Assembly (NCBI GenBank): GCA_013265495.1 | Contig: MU058636.1 | Coordinates: 9,046,239 to 9,110,238, forward strand | Length of the DNA: 64,000 nucleotides | DNA from: Vicugna vicugna | Lineage: Eukaryota | Direction of reading: 5' to 3' | Shown here: positions 1 through 14,830 of the stretch, in pieces | Numbering within the stretch: position 1 is the stretch's first letter | Layout of the letters: the number at the start of each line of letters is the position of its first letter | The notes under the pieces: model-generated | Seen by the model: only the letters and a program-made list of their open reading frames with translations | Told to the model about the DNA's origin: nothing | Database searches by the model: none | Position numbers and translations under genes: made by a program

Positions 1-3000
1 TAAACCCCAGGGCATCCCATTGGGGGTGTTCCTTTCCTGCAACAGTGTTGCGCTCTTAGATAACTAATGCTTTAATAAACGTGGATGTCACAAAGTGTAG
101 TGTGAAACTAAACTGCTTCTCTGTTTTGGATGCTGGCAAATAGCCCCACACTCCAACCTCCTGATTCTTGGCTGAAAGCCTGAATATATCCTAGGGCCTG
201 CAGGGACAGGAAAACCTCAGAGTGCCAAGTGTCATGCCAGACCAGCAGGAAACTTGTGTGTGAAAGCTTTCCTAGGATAGAGATGCGTGCAATCTTAGAC
301 TGGTTTATTTTCATGGAAAGTCAAGAGGATGAAAGGAATATATTAGAGGACTGAAAATGTTACTGCAAACCACTCCTCTGACCAGAAAAAATAAATCTCA
401 TTTTAGAGACTTTTTTTTTCAAAAAGGAATTTTTGGATGACAATAAGTAAATGATTTAATTTAAATTCTGTGGACCAAGTCCGAGAGCTGAAAATATTGG
501 AATATTATTTCCTAAATATTGAGCCATAAAAATCATGCTATTTCATTACAGGCTGTTGCTCTGTCTCTCACTGACTTGGAGTCACTGTGATTACTTTTTA
601 TAGTCACTTGTAAATATAGAGTAGTTGTAAGTTTCTTATAAAAATTGAAGATACATTTTTTAAGATTACCTTTTTAAGAGATTATCACATTCCAATCAGA
701 ACCCAAATATTGACTGGGAAAATTGTTGGTGTTTAATCACATGGGACCCATTTTAACATGTTGAGGCTGGAGTTTGGTTCAGAGCAGTAATTTATGGACA
801 TTAGATAAGTGAATACAAATGGAGAAAGTTCCATCATAGAGCCACCCATGGCTGCTCTTGCTGTAGCGCAAGTAAAAGCCGTGTCTAAAGTGAAGACTGT
901 CCTGTCTTTTTAGTTGTTTTTGTTTTGTCATGAAAGGATGAGCTTAGTTATATTTTGATGGATTTTCAATGCACTGAATTAAGTCAACTTAGCACATATG
1001 GCTGGGGAAGTTATTGCCAAACAGATTGACTGAACAGTCCCTAGGAGGGAAAAAAAAAAGATTATTTCTAAAACTTATTAAATTTCACTATCAGAAAAAG
1101 TTAACAAGATAGAATTAGACAAGTTAAGGAAATTATTTAGTTATTTCAGACTTTGCCTCTTTGTCAAGATGCCCCTCACTGAACCTCCTCTACCCCAGGT
1201 CTAAATCGCTTGTCTCCAGTACCTGGACTCTTTTTCCCTACAATAAATACATAATAATATCTTGTGGGAGCTAATTTCAGAATTATCACTCTAAGAAATT
1301 TCTCCATAGATAACCAGGCAGTGGGTACCGGGAGTGTCAATGAATTTAGACTTAAAAAAAAAAAAAGGAAATGATTGTGTAGATAAATTGAAATAAATTT
1401 GATGCATGTATAACATTGAGAAGGTGAACTAGTTAACTGTTAAATGTTTACTTCAAGAAGATAACATTTTGACTACCTGGTTTTTACTCTTCCTAGCACT
1501 TCTGTGCCTTAAGAAGAGAGTGTTTATGTATCTTTTTATGATACGTTTATTTTATTTTTAGAGATACCTGTAGTATAACAGCGTTATGATCAAAGTCTTT
1601 CCTTACTTGAGATTTTAAAAAGCCCCCCTTTGCAATCATGCATTATTAACAGAATTGTGAAAAGGGTTTTAGTTTTTGTTTCATCTAATCAATAGCTCAG
1701 ATCTAACCTGGAGAGAAAAACTGACACTTGAGTGTCTTATAACTGAATTCATGTTCTTGTTACTTTAAAAAAGAAAAGTTCTTAAAAGTCAGTCTTGAAG
1801 TAGTAATTTATTTCAATGAAACTAGCTCCTAAATACAAGAAAATGTTGATACAGAGATTGGCGGTTTTTCCTTTCTTGGAGGAGAGCCTTTAGATTTTTC
1901 TTAAACATTAAAGAAGGAATGGGAACATTGGGCAAAGATCTTGCCCCCGTGACCAGAAGATGGTATCTTTATGCTAAGGACCTCTAGTCAGAGCAGAGTT
2001 CATGTCATTCCTTAACTGGTAAATCAAAGGTTGGAAAAGTTAAGCGCTGTGAGAGTAAACAGGTAAAGAGCTGTTCAGGGGCTTCACTCCCTACCCCTGC
2101 AGAAACACAATCTGTGCAGTCAGAGAGATGCTGGTGTGGGCCTCCAGACCTCTGGGCTCTTTCATTTTAGATTAAGAAATATCTGAGCCTTTACTGAATA
2201 TTAGACCCTGAGCAAAGGACTATGGGAAGGTAAGAAGGGGGGAGAAAAAAACCCAGAAAGTTTCAATCTTCTACAAAATGTTGCCATGCAGAAAGAAGCA
2301 GAAATTGAGGAAATTATTATAGTAGAGTTGGAAATGAAATGCTAAAAAAGAACAAAATATCTTGAACTTGCTTCCCCTTTGGATATCTCTGTCAGCAAGA
2401 AGATACTGTCAGCTCTTAAATCTGATTTTCCCCTCCTCAAATGTCTGGTGATGAGCAAGTGCAAGTCATCTTTCAAAACTGTGGGAGCCAAGGGACAGCG
2501 TATGTTTCACATCTATGAAGTGGAGCTATGGAAATTCATGGAGCAGTTTGTTGATTCTAATGCCTTGCATCTCTTGGGACTGTTCTCATGAAATCATTGT
2601 CTTATATATAATGCCTTTCAGCCCCGTAGCTTGAGCTTATGAGAACTGTCTTAGGAGACAAAGAGCACGCATGAGACAAATATTACATTCCATTGTTTGA
2701 AGCAATTTTTAGCTATGATCTTGATTTTAGGTAGCCTTGGAAATAACCACTCACTGACTGGCCCAGATCAAATGGCAGTCCATTGTGAGTATCACGGAAC
2801 AGAATGATATTTGTTTTATTATATTGTCTGTGTGGCATCATGAAGGAGAGAAACATAAAACAGATGAATCAGTTTCTTAAACTGTGTTGTAGTCAACACT
2901 GAAAACAAACTATGCCAGTGAATTCGATAGCTGGAACAGAAAACAAGAGAAAAGGCATTTCTGAGGCAGAACAAATTTCCATTCTGAAGAAAGGTTTCGG

Positions 3001-3599
3001 CTTTTATTTGATGTTTTCTGTTCTAAGTTTTTTTTTTTTTGGCATTAGGTCATGGTAGTAATTTCAATCTGTGAGATTAAAAAAAAAATTCCTTCATTTT
3101 CCTCTTAAAAATTTGGAGAGCTTACAGTCTTCTATACCACAAGAGATAAGGAAATTTAGCCTGAGGTAGAGCAGAGGCGCCTCTTTCCTCTTAGGGCTAG
3201 TCCTACAGGGAGGCAAAGGGGTGTGACTTAAGTAGTGCCAGGAAATTTGCCATGCCTCAAAATATCTCCCTTACCACCTGTCATGCAGCCTGGTATTCCG
3301 TATTTAGATAGTCACTCCTTTGGTGCATGAACATGCAAATACCACTGGGAGGGACAACACCTTGCTATTATTATAACCTAACTCTTACACTCTATCTGTG
3401 TAAGGGATCTGATTTCCAAGGGACAGCTGAAATCAAGGGGCTTAGAGATACGAGAAATGAGATAGCACTGTTTCCCTTAGGAGATGAAGGAGATCTAAAC
3501 ATGGTTCAGAAAAGCAATAGCCAATAGGATTTACCATACATAATGAGTCACCTGTTTTGCCCTAGTAATTAATCATCTTGTTCTTTGGTTATTTTCTAG

Positions 3600-3689
3600 C
3601 TGACATTGACGATATGAAAATATGCTATGTTTTAAGAGAAGGGGCTAATGCCACAAGTGACGTATTCCATTTTACAGTTGAAGATGGTG
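3600..3689 (+). CDS. FREM2: FREM2 internal coding exon (probably exon 2), 90 nt, phase 1-1: (A)[29 protein letters not shown](G)
   Basis: Acceptor ttctttggttattttctag|C and donor G|gtaagt. The translation matches recalled mammalian FREM2 ([21 protein letters not shown]...VEDGG) and joins in frame to the exon at 54447. Confidence 0.95.
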
Positions 3690-6600
3690 GTAAGTGTCCA
3701 CTCTCCTGTTGGCATAAACAGGGAGAGTGACTTTTACTCATTGCTCTTTGGCAACTTTAGTACAAGGAGTTGGTATCAAATATTTTATGCTCACCTGAAT
3801 TTATACTGAGTGAACTTGGTATTTGCTATAGACAATCTTACATTCTCAATCTGACACAATATACTCTGCAGTTATGGGGAATACATGTTCTAGTTACGGT
3901 ATTCTTGCCTTACGATTTGTAAAGCACTGAAGGGAAAGCTCTATATAAATAGGATCCCCATGTCCAGTTGTTCATATGATGCTCTGTGTAAAGCTGCCTG
4001 CTTGAGGTGACAAGAGGGTGTTGGAACCAGCCCAGCTCCACTTGTAAGCCACATTGCCTACTTCGGTGCATCTGCCCAAAGAGGGTGCCTTTTTCTAATT
4101 TGCTTGGGTGCTATGTGGACTCGTGCTGATGGATAATTCATTGCATTCACTGAGAAATCTGTGCTAAAGAAATGGATGGTTCACCTCACCAAGCTCAGTG
4201 TGTCTAATGATTATCTTCGTTTGGGGGATTTTGTGACTTAGTCTAACAAAACTTTTCCTTGGTGACGTCTGAATACTGCAGAGACTAGAATACGACCTGT
4301 GACCTAAGTCTCCCCAGTAATTTATCGTCATTGCTCCCCCAGAGCCCTGCCTGCCTCTCACAGTCCTCAGTTCTTTCCCTAACCCTGCAGACGAGGAGAA
4401 AAGCTGGCCGCTTCTAGATTGAGCGTAAAGATGTTGTGTTCTCAAACGCTCTCAGGAGAAGCCGAAGAACCTCAGCGAGAATGTGTGCTGTGTGAACAGG
4501 ACCCAGTCATCTGCTTTCCTTAGGATGGTTTATAAAAACAGCACATTATTCTCTCATCGACCTCAAAAAGTTATATGCTTCCTCTTCCTAGTTTTTGAAG
4601 CATCAAATAGCACTTGTTTAAAATATTGTTGGATGTAACAGGATCACATCTCTGAAAGACGACATCTGCTAGTGTGTGCTAGAGAGGCCAAAAGAAGTGT
4701 GTTAAAGTGGGTTCAGCTATAAGATTTCTACCATAAATTTAATATGTTTCGTGCCTTTACTTTTTAGTAACCAAATCATACTTTTGTATTCTACATATTG
4801 TTCAATGAATCTTAGTATAAAACCAAGTTCTGAGAAGGAAAACATAATCTGCTTGTTGAATGTTGCTGCCCAAATGGGAAATTCTACTGGAAGTAAACTT
4901 CAGAGTGAGACTCTGAAATAATTCAAATCCTTATTAAGGACTTAAATTATTGGTTAAGGACTAAGTTATTGGCTCAAACTACCACATATACCTGTGAGAA
5001 TGACTGAATGAACCTCAGTAGCAAAAGTATGATTTTCTTCAAAATTACCCAAAAAAGTTTGAAATCCAATGACTACAATTCCAAGACATTGTAGCCTCTA
5101 CCCTTTTTATCTTTTGCTTTTTCTCTCTTGCTTGCTTTCTTATACATCCTATTATTCTGCACATTTCTTTCCTTAGTTGAATGGAACGGTAGCATTCACT
5201 TTAAAATTCTGGTCTGTATTCAAACTTTGGAAAACGTTATGCTGTATCATATTTCAAAATATTAAGTGAAGAATGACTAGCTGAGGAGACTGGGTTTATT
5301 TTGGGATTTACTGAAAATGTGGCTGAGCCTCTGAAGACTGTGTTTATGGAAATAGGAACTAAATCACTTCAAGGGCTTTTTCAGAGCTAGAATTTCATGT
5401 GAGAGAGAAAAATTCCAGAGAGATTGTCCTTTACGCTTCTCCTAGCTGACGTGGCATTACTTACAGGGCTCGGGGAGATGCTGGCAAACAAACCGTGGGA
5501 CAGAATTTACCTTAATTCCCCTGATGCTAGAACACGTCCCTGTGACAGAGTGAGCACAGAGATCTGCAAAATTAAAAAACAAAACATCACATATATACTT
5601 CAAAATAGTTTTAATCTGATACCTTTTAAAAGATTTTTGCATTGTCTTGTAACATATTCTAATATTTAAATGAGAAGTGCAGCGCTATTTAAACTTACAG
5701 AGTATCTTGAGTGAATGTCCTCTCTGGGAGATGTGAGGTATTTTGCCAAACAGAAACAAACAAAGAAAAAATTGCAATATTTATGATAAAAGAAAAAAAT
5801 AAAGATACTCTTCCTTTCTATAAAAATAATATTATACTAAGAATTTTGAATTTTTTCTGACCTATTATATCTTCTAGTAGTACAGTCAATAATTTTAGCA
5901 AAATATACTCTAGAGAAGATCTACTTTATAGACTAATATGAACACTTTTTTTCAAAATCTCCAAACTTACCAATGTAAATTTCATGAACTAGAAAACATG
6001 TTTGTGAAGACACATTTATGGTATCATTTGACATTTCTCAAAGATATGTATGTCTCAGGAATTATGGCAGGTCCTTGAATCTTAAGAACAAAAATCACCC
6101 TTGTTTCTCAGTTGGCAGAATCTAGGTCTCAGAGCAGCCAGGTAACTTCCCCAGACATGCCCATCCATCCAGGAAGTAACAGAGCTCCCTCACTGGTACT
6201 TACTCTTCCCATCTAAGTGATGACAGGCTTTTTGGAGGGGAGGGTTTGGTTACTGAGTTCAACTGTGGTGATTTATTATCTTTATACGATTATAGTCAGC
6301 CTATCCATGAACCATTCCCATGAAACATACAAAATGCTTCTAGCATGTCACGTCTGGGAAGCAAGTCAAGACACTGCGGCATAAAACCAAGAACTCGCTA
6401 CTACCAACTCTCCTTCCAGTCCACTAAATTCACTTTCTTCAAGCCAACCCGATCGATTTTAGGATAGTGACTATCTAAGGAAAACGACTGGAGCAAATAT
6501 AATCCTCAGATCACCTTAAAAATAAGATATAGCTTTTAACTTCAGCGCTCAAGACAGGGAGAGGAGATTGAGGGGAACAGAAAACTAACATCTTTTCTTC

Positions 6601-7740
6601 TAGATTTCTTTATATTATCCTAAGAACCTGGATAGCCACTGTGTTGGGGCTCAATGAATGTTGGTTAATATAGCACATGTATACACACACACACACACAC
6701 ACACTTCATGCACACAGATCCTTATATAGCAGGATTCTTTCAATTCAGTCTTAAACCTATATATGATTTATTATTTGTTTTCCTTTATGCAGTTTTGCCC
6801 TCATCGTTCCCCATGAGCATGATAAAAAAATTATTATTTTTATTTGGTGAAAAAACAGCATCACAGATACCGATAACTGATCTCCCTCAAGTTGCACAAC
6901 CAGGCAGCTAGAGGCAAATGTGAATCCCAGACTTTTTTCCCCAAACAGTAACTTTGATACTTATTCAAGATAGGCATAGGAGGGAGGAAGACTTGAATTT
7001 TTCTGAGGTCTCTGGACGGAATTTTCAGGAATGTTTAATAGATGAGAATGAGGTCAGAGCAGGATCAGCTGATGAATGCAAAGTTCTGCATTCTCTGAAG
7101 TGTACATTTTTCTTTTAGAATACCTTAAAGGTCCCTGTATCCCAGCATTTATAGCATTCTTTCCTGATATCATCCTGTAGTTTTCCTAACTACATGAGGA
7201 AAAATATTTATTCTTTCTTAAGTTAAACGTAAGTTCAATCAGCCTTCAGGTACCATTTTATACTTATTTTATCAATTAAATTACAAAGAAACTTGTTTAA
7301 AAACATCACTTCAGGGATTATGATGAAACAGGTATGCTTCTAAACTACTTTTGACCTTGTATACTGAGAAAGTGAAGTTGGAAAACCATCTGTGAATACG
7401 TAGTTGCAGTCATGAAGGCTGTAACGTTCCATGTCTTGAGACATGGCTCAAAAGAAGCAAAAAGTTACAGGCACACATGTTCATCATGTTAAAAATAGCA
7501 ATCTGAAAATTATTCTAAATGTCAATAAAAATAGAAAAAGCTTTTTAGTAATGACGGCAACATGACAAAATGTTATGTAGCCTTTAAATTCATAATTAAA
7601 ACGTCTGCCATAGGGTAATTCTTAACGTGATCATTTAGTAATGAAATATGTTTTTTGGAACATTAGTGACAAACATGAGAAGGTTATGTCAAGATAGGTC
7701 ATCCATCCAGGAATTCTAGGGCCAGTCAACACATGCAGAC

Positions 7741-7773
7741 TCACAACCTATAAAGTCACAACCTATAAAGTCA
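7741..7773 (+). repeat. Perfect 15-bp tandem duplication (tcacaacctataaag)x2
   Basis: Copies at 7741-7755 and 7756-7770, followed by tca. Confidence 0.93.
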
Positions 7774-7924
7774 AAATCGGACTTAGGGGACGTGCTCCTG
7801 TTACCTGTGGCTTCATGGAAGGAGCTTTTGTATATGAACATCTGTCACCCATGGATTTAGCTAAAGCAGCCTCCATTTCTTTTATTTTCACCCTTTATGT
7901 CTTCTCAAGGGCAACTCCATATAG

Positions 7925-7963
<39 letters not shown>
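7925..7963 (+). repeat. (TGA)13 trinucleotide microsatellite
   Basis: Perfect tga run read directly from the sequence. Confidence 0.97.
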
Positions 7964-7964
<1 letters not shown>

Positions 7965-10518
7965 AATACAGACTAGGGAAATATATCCTCCTTTGATAAT
8001 TGCCTCTTCTAATTCAAATTCCAGAACTAGTACCCTGGAGTTTTGTGGGGAGCAAAAAGCACGCATTCTTTTACCCCCTTCATAGCAGAGCATTTTTTAT
8101 CTGATTCCTCCTCAGCACTTAATGCGCCATCACTTCCTGTGAGCGTAGGTGCCAGCGCTCCCGTCTCTTCTTTGTTTTCTCTCCCAGGGGCCCCTCCAGC
8201 TCTTCACTGTGATGTAAAAGCTTATCTCAAGTAACTATTCCAGGTATGTCCCACCCTAAAGACTGTTAATAACCCTTCAACATTCCCCTCAAATGTCATC
8301 CCCTCTCCGGAGCTGCTCCCAACATCTTGATGACAGAGTTAGTCCCGCCCTTTTTTGTGCTTCTGTCCCTACCTTTATTAACAGTAAGACTGTTGTAGTC
8401 TGACTGTTTGCTAATGTGAAGAGCTTCATTAGCAGAGAAGGAACTTTTTCAAATCAAAAATGTGTCACTGATCTTTCTACCACAGTGTCGGCCAGGAGGT
8501 GAACGCACAGTAAATACTTAACAAATATTAAAGTAAGTGAACAGACAAATGGGAAAAAGAAGCTCTAATATAAGGATCAGTTAAATAGTATTTTAAGAAA
8601 AGCTCCTATAAACAATTTCCAAGGGACCCTCTGCATTCCTTTAGAGCATTCTCTTATCCTAGCATTAATTTAAATCCCTGTGGCACCAAGAAAGATTTTT
8701 TTTAGTAAAGCTTTCACATTTTTTAACACATGAAACAAACTGCTCTGAAAATGCCTTTGAAACCTTCCGTGAAATACACTTAAGATCGAAATGATTCACA
8801 GGAACCACCAGCTCAGAGCTCACGTTATTCTTAAAGAATTCTTTTCAGGGGAAAAAAAAAAAAGTTACCAGCATAATATATAAATTATTACACAATTTTA
8901 AAACTTAAAGAGAAATAGACGTTTTCTATAAATCACTGAAATTCAAAGGCATTATATACATTTGTATGTCTCTTGTTTGTTTGCTTGACTCAAGTCTAAA
9001 GCCTCAGCAGCAGATTCAAGCTCCTTCTTGATGGGCAGAAGGAAGAACTAGGCTATGTGATCATCTGCCTTGGAGCACCACGCAGGAGGTGCTCTCCTTT
9101 TTTCTCCATTGTGAACACTGGCTTGCTGCTTCCTCACCTGAGCTCCCACATGACCTGGGCATGCCGTCTTAGGTAGTCTGTTTCCGGGTTTTGGCACTGA
9201 AACTGGGATGTCAGACATGACATACGTGTTGGGCCATGACGTTGTGTATGGTCCGTAGCCAGACATGTGTTGCCACTGTCTTTGATTGTGCCTCGGGGTG
9301 CCCAGTTTTCCATCTGCCAACATCCTTAATTCACATGCTATTGAAAGATATAAATAGCTTCTTGACATAGTAGAAGAAGCTGCAGAGTCATTTCTGTGTA
9401 TGAAATGTCAGTTAAGGACAAAGCTTTCAAATTTTTACTCCGTACTTGACGATTGAATACTCAGACCCAAGGAGACTGGAAGCTCTTCACGGTAGCTAGA
9501 AGGAGCACACGTTTTTGCTGGAAGGTGACAAGTAACGTCAGGGTTTAAGGCAAAGTCATTCTTGATAATTAGCTTGAATTTAAAGCAAGCACTGGAAAAA
9601 TATAAATAAGTGCAGTAAGTCGGAAAACGAGGTCTGAGTACAAACATTAGAAGATTATACAGACATATTCAGCTTAGAGAAAAAAGCAAGCATTCTTGGC
9701 AATAAAATTAATTGCTAGTGACATGAGAACCAGGGGAAAGATACCAGTGCCTTAGGGAGTTATAATAAGAGGGTGAAGTAATGGCAGGCACTGAGACAAG
9801 TATTTTTAATCTGTATGAGAGCACGGATCGACTAGAATGCAGACCCTGGGAAGAGGTGTTGGCCACAGTGGCATAACGTTTGTGAGACTTTCTTCTTTCA
9901 TTGAGCAATCAGAACAGTTCAAGTCATCCAGGTCTTTCTATGCCAGATCCTTACCTTTAAAAAAAAAAATGAGTCTATAAAATACCTGTGCTGTGTCCAT
10001 GGAAGAAACCGTGCCTTTTAAATAGAGAAGTGTAAACTAAATTTTATTATTCTTTCAGTTCATTCCAAAATTATATGTCATTTGGAGGTACTGCTTTTAT
10101 CTGCTTTAGTTCAGAGGAAACTTTTCTTAAATCATTAAATCTTCCCATGAATATGAATCCTTATTAGATATGTTTTTAGAGGGTTAGCACGATTCTGTGT
10201 TTACTCTCAAAACAAATGATAATCACCTTTTGAAAACTAAGCAAATCTTTCGTAAGTGATTAAAATACCGTAATCTCAAATCAAATATTTACTTGTCGTA
10301 TATATTACATAACTGGAAAACATCCCATCTGTCTCTTTAAGTTTGCCCTGGGTGGCTGGCAGGAATGCAAGGTGCTGCTCAGTGGTCTGGTACACGGTTG
10401 TAATGAGTATGTTCCTATATTTGCTAGAACCTCTAAGAATACAACAGAGAACCAGAGTGCAATGAAGAGAAGGTTCAGGGTTTCTATGGCAACACTTACT
10501 TGGTAAAAAGAGTTTCCC

Positions 10519-11550
10519 TATTCATTTACTTATTGACTTGTTCAACAAGTATTTTTGGAGCGCCCACTACGTTTCAGGTATCTACTGGGATCTGGGGAAA
10601 CAATGATGAACATACCAGCCGTGATCTTTGCCCTGAGGCTCCGATAGGTATGGATGATAAAACAGCAGACACATAAAACATTTATACGTTGTTTAAAATA
10701 TTGTGGAGATTATAATTAGAGCCAAGGTAGAGATGCAGCTGTCAGGAAAGGCCTCTGAAAGGTGATATTTCAGCTTAAACTTAGGACGAGATAAAGCTGC
10801 CGCAGGAAGAAGGGAGGAAGGAATGTTCCGGGCAGAGGGAAAAGCATGTGCGAAGGCATCGAGCTTTGTGTGTCCAAGTGACCGGAAGGGCACCAACAGG
10901 CCCGGAGCTCAACTAGCAAACCCGAGAGTGGGACAAACCGATGCTGGAGAGCTAGACTGCGGCCAGATGGTGCAGAGCCTTATAAACCCAGGGCAGCAGT
11001 GTAACTCTTGTTGTAAGGGAAGGAGAAGCCCCTACCCCCTGCCAAGTGTTTTATTTTTTGGTGGGGACAGGTAGGTAGGCTACTTATTCACTTATTTATT
11101 TAAAGGGAGGTACTGGGGATTGAACCCAGGACGTCACGCATGCTGAGCACATACTCTATCGCTGAGTTATACCCTCCCCCCCTGCCCCGCAACTTGCTTT
11201 AAAACAAGGGAGTGACATGTTCCAATTTATGTCTTCAGATGATGACTCTTGTAGCTGTAGAGTCAAGAGGAGGCATCAAGGAGAAAACAGGGACACTGAG
11301 GGGAGGCTGATGCAGGAAGACAGTCGTGCTGTGGAGAGAACAGGCTTGGGTGATTTCACATCTCCATCTGTAGGACTTATAGGTGGACTGGATTAGGGGA
11401 TAAGGAAAAAAGAGAATGTAAGCATGATTCTGGGTTTCCTGGCCAGCGGAGCGTGGTGTTGCCATTCATCGAGGTGAAAAAAACTAGAGAGGCATGGAAG
11501 AAGTTTCAGGGAGGAAGTTAAGGTCATTTCAAACATATTCATGATGAGAT
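10519..11550 (-). mobile_element. L2 LINE fragment, interrupted by the SINE at 11049-11182
   Basis: attcatttacttattgacttgttcaacaagtatttttggagcgcccactac (L2 3' end), gtcaggaaaggcctctgaaaggtgatattt, gggcagagggaaaagcatgtgcgaaggc and ggagtgacatgttccaatttatgt. Confidence 0.8.
11049..11182 (-). mobile_element. tRNA-derived SINE, Vic-1-like (camelid), inserted into an L2
   Basis: Reverse complement reads ggggggagggtataactcagcgatagagtatgtgctcagcatgcgtgacgtcctgggttcaatccccagtacctcc, with Pol III A and B boxes followed by an AT-rich tail. Confidence 0.85.
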
Positions 11551-11684
11551 GTCTTACTTCCTTGAAATGTGTACACAGGAAGGCTGACCGCCTGACCCTG
11601 CTTATCTGCCTCTCCATCGAAGTGAGGGGCACAGCCTTTGTGGTTAGAACTGGACCAAATATTGGTCCTGCCCCTTGCAATGAT

Positions 11685-11830
11685 GGGTGATGTGACCCTG
11701 AACCAAGTGACCGAGCACTTCTTCGCCTCGGTGTCGTGTGTAAAGTGGGACAATGACAGTACTTAGCTAATAGGTTCTTTTGAAGATTTAAGTAAGATGA
11801 TTCGTGGAAATGAGACCATTCCTGCTGCAC
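11685..11830 (+). mobile_element. MIR SINE
   Basis: tgtgaccctgaaccaagtgac...gcctcggtgtcgtgtgtaaagtgggacaatgacagtactt...gaagatttaagtaagat (MIR core). Confidence 0.7.
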
Positions 11831-14039
11831 AGTTCCTGCCGCGTAGTAAAAACTGTACGGTTTGCTGCTGCTCACGACGAGAGTTTCCGGAGCTTTTCTG
11901 TTTTACCTTCTTTTTTTTTTTTTCTTGCTTATTTTCCCTCCCTCCCTTCTCCTTCTGCCCTTTTCTTTCTTCCTTTCTTCCTTTTTTTTTTTTTTTCCTT
12001 TCTCACAGTAGTTTTGTATACAGCTTGACTGTCTGTTCTTGGTGGAGAGCTGGGGGATACAGGGATGAAAGCCGAAAAATAATGAATACTTCTTCAATGC
12101 TGAGTTTAAAGGCTAAGAATGCTTCCAAAGTTATTTGACCATTAGTAAGTAGCTAAGCTAAGATTTTCATTAATCTAATAATAATGAGTTTTCCCTTGGG
12201 TCAAATCATGGAAAGGCGAGCACTGCGCCTCTCCAGCCCACTGCTCAGGTTTTACTTCTCTCACTGGAGGTAAAAGTTGTATAAACTTGAAAGTTAAATA
12301 TAGTAACCTGCTTTGAGTAAACATCTGGATTTAGCAGTTGTGAGGCTCAAAGGACGGTTTTGATTTCAAGTGTAGTACCAGCTGAAGATAGTGATAAGAT
12401 ATCATGTTTGTTCAGGTCTTGGAATCACCTAAATACATTTAGTATAGAACGCTGCACTCACACAGCTGACAGATGCTCCAGGTAGTCAGTATTATAAAGA
12501 AAAAGCAATTAAATAAATCCATCTTTAAGGAAATTAGTGAATTTAAGTAATAAAAGCATGCATTTTGAAATTCTCCATCTAGGTCATTGGAAAATAAGTG
12601 TCGTGTGTGTGTATATATATATAATATATTATATATAATGTGTGTTTATATATGTAGCTCCTAATTTGTTCCTTAACTGCTGAATATTGCTTGTACAAAT
12701 GATTTGTAGTAAACACATACTTCTTGATTCCATGTAGTAAAAATGTAAAATCTTATTTTCCTGTGGTATTATGAGAAAACTGTCTGCTTTTTAAAATCTT
12801 GTCCCTCCAAGGTTCTTACGAATAATGATTGGGTTGTATGTAGATTTTATTTAACAGCTTTATTTACTTGTTTCTACCTGATAAGAATTAAAGCCACGGG
12901 TCTTTCTGAAATATTCCACTGAAGTCAAAGGGACAAATGTCATACTCAATCCTGATTAAAAGTAAGGAAAACTGACATCTATTGTGATAAAGCGATGAAT
13001 GTGTGAACCATGCACACAAATAATATAGATGCTTTTGTTTCTTCACAAATGTAAATTGATTTCATAATGTACATTTCCTAGGAGCAATAATGTTTGTGTA
13101 AATGAGGGGGTAAAAATAGTCCTTAACATTTTGTTTTAAACCGTTAGTGTAAATTTACTAAAATCATCCATTTATTATCCATTTCTGTCCCTAAGAATCA
13201 AAAATCAATTGCCAAATCGTGGCACATAAGCAGTTTTTTTCTTGAGAAAATAAATATCAGGATACGAAAACAGTGTGCCTTGAAATGGTTTATAGTTAGA
13301 ATTCTTATATTGTTATGGTAGAAGGTTCCAGAATAAGTTATTCAATTATGGCTAAATGCCATTTCTCATAAGATTCGCGTTTTGCTAAGACTATTAGTAT
13401 TCTTCGTACTAAGAAATTAAAAGGAAAAGATTAAGGGAAAAATAATTCCATTAGCTATGTTTAGTTTTCAGTTGAGAACTACTTTGTATTCTTTTCGTTC
13501 ATTTGAAGTAAGCTTGGAGAACAGCACCCTTGTGGTACCTTCTGAGGAAGGAAGTGAGGACACATTTCTCCTCTTTTTGTTTCAAGAGAGCTCTCTGGCC
13601 GCTTCCCTCCAGACAGAGAGCAGAAGGGCCAGCTCCCTCCATTTCTCCGCTGCTTTTCCCTGCCCAGGAAGGTCTATTCATTCCATCTCGCTAAAGCCCT
13701 ACCTGTTGCCTTGAACGCCACTTCCACAGCTGGGAGAGGCAGGAGTTGAGAACACTGAAAACAGTGTTTCCAAGCATAGCTCAAGAGAGCCACTTTAGAA
13801 CTTGAAAACAAAGTGGTAAAACTGGTCAGTAGACTTCAGAAATCCAAGAGGCAGGAAAGAACCATTTTGTGCCCCCATAATCCTTCTCTTGCATTACTTC
13901 ACGTGGAAATGGCCCACAATTAAATGCGCTGCGTCATTGCTATAGAATTAAGAAAGAGAGGTTATATTTAACCACTTAAGAAGTTGTCATTAACTATTGG
14001 AAAAAAAAACAAACCCTATTCTTGCTCCCTAAACCTCAA

Positions 14040-14830
14040 GGACCATTTTATTTCACCATGCATGTCCATCCAGTTACTAAATCTGTCCATTTTACCTGCT
14101 TCCTCAATTTATGTTGAATCAGATGCCTTCACTAACTTTATGGCTCTTGCTTCCATTAGAATCACACTGAGGTTTATCTCAAATGATTTAATAAATGTAA
14201 ACTGCTTAAAATAATGAGTGGCATGCATGTTAGCCATTTTCCCCAGCTAGAACATAGTGTGATACCCATGAGAACCCTCTCTGGGTTTTGAACTATCTCT
14301 GTTTTCCACCTTTGTTTTTCTCTGATGCATCCTCAGTGCCTAGAGCATATAGTTGATTCATAAACGTTTGTTGAGTGAATGAACGCCTTTTTTCTAATGT
14401 GATGCTCCTAATGGAGCTCTTCATCTCTTGTCATTTTCTCCTCTGATTCAGATATACACTGTTTCCATAGTTACCTAAAAATACTAATTATCTTTTTTTA
14501 AAAAAACTTCTGTTCTTCCCTCTGCTCCCACAGTTAATTTTCTAAAATGCAAATCCTCTGATATCATCTTTACTTTCCAATTCTCAATGGTCTCTTGCTT
14601 GGCACAGAATAAAATTCAGACTCTTCTTGATGTACCAGTTGGCCGAGTCTAATCCATCCAGTCACACAGCCTTTTCAGGATTCCCGCACATGCTGTGTGC
14701 CTTTCCTTCCCTCCCAGGCATCCTTCCACTGCTCCTGCAAGGGATTTAGCCCAATAGTATGTTTTCTCCCTGACTTCTACCCCTGTTGTTAATTAAGGTC
14801 AGACATCACTTCCTCCGTGTTCCCATAACT
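14040..14830 (+). mobile_element. L2 fragments
   Basis: catcctcagtgcctagagcatatagttgattcataaacgtttgttgagtgaatgaa (L2 3' terminus), plus ttttctaaaatgcaaatcctctgatatcatc and cagaataaaattcagactc motifs. Confidence 0.6.

Noticed and set aside
7897..8093. poly-Met and poly-Ile ORFs, and similar low-complexity ORFs at 11797-12138, 24758-24952 and 46429-46907
   Set aside because: They arise from microsatellites or homopolymer runs that lack stop codons.
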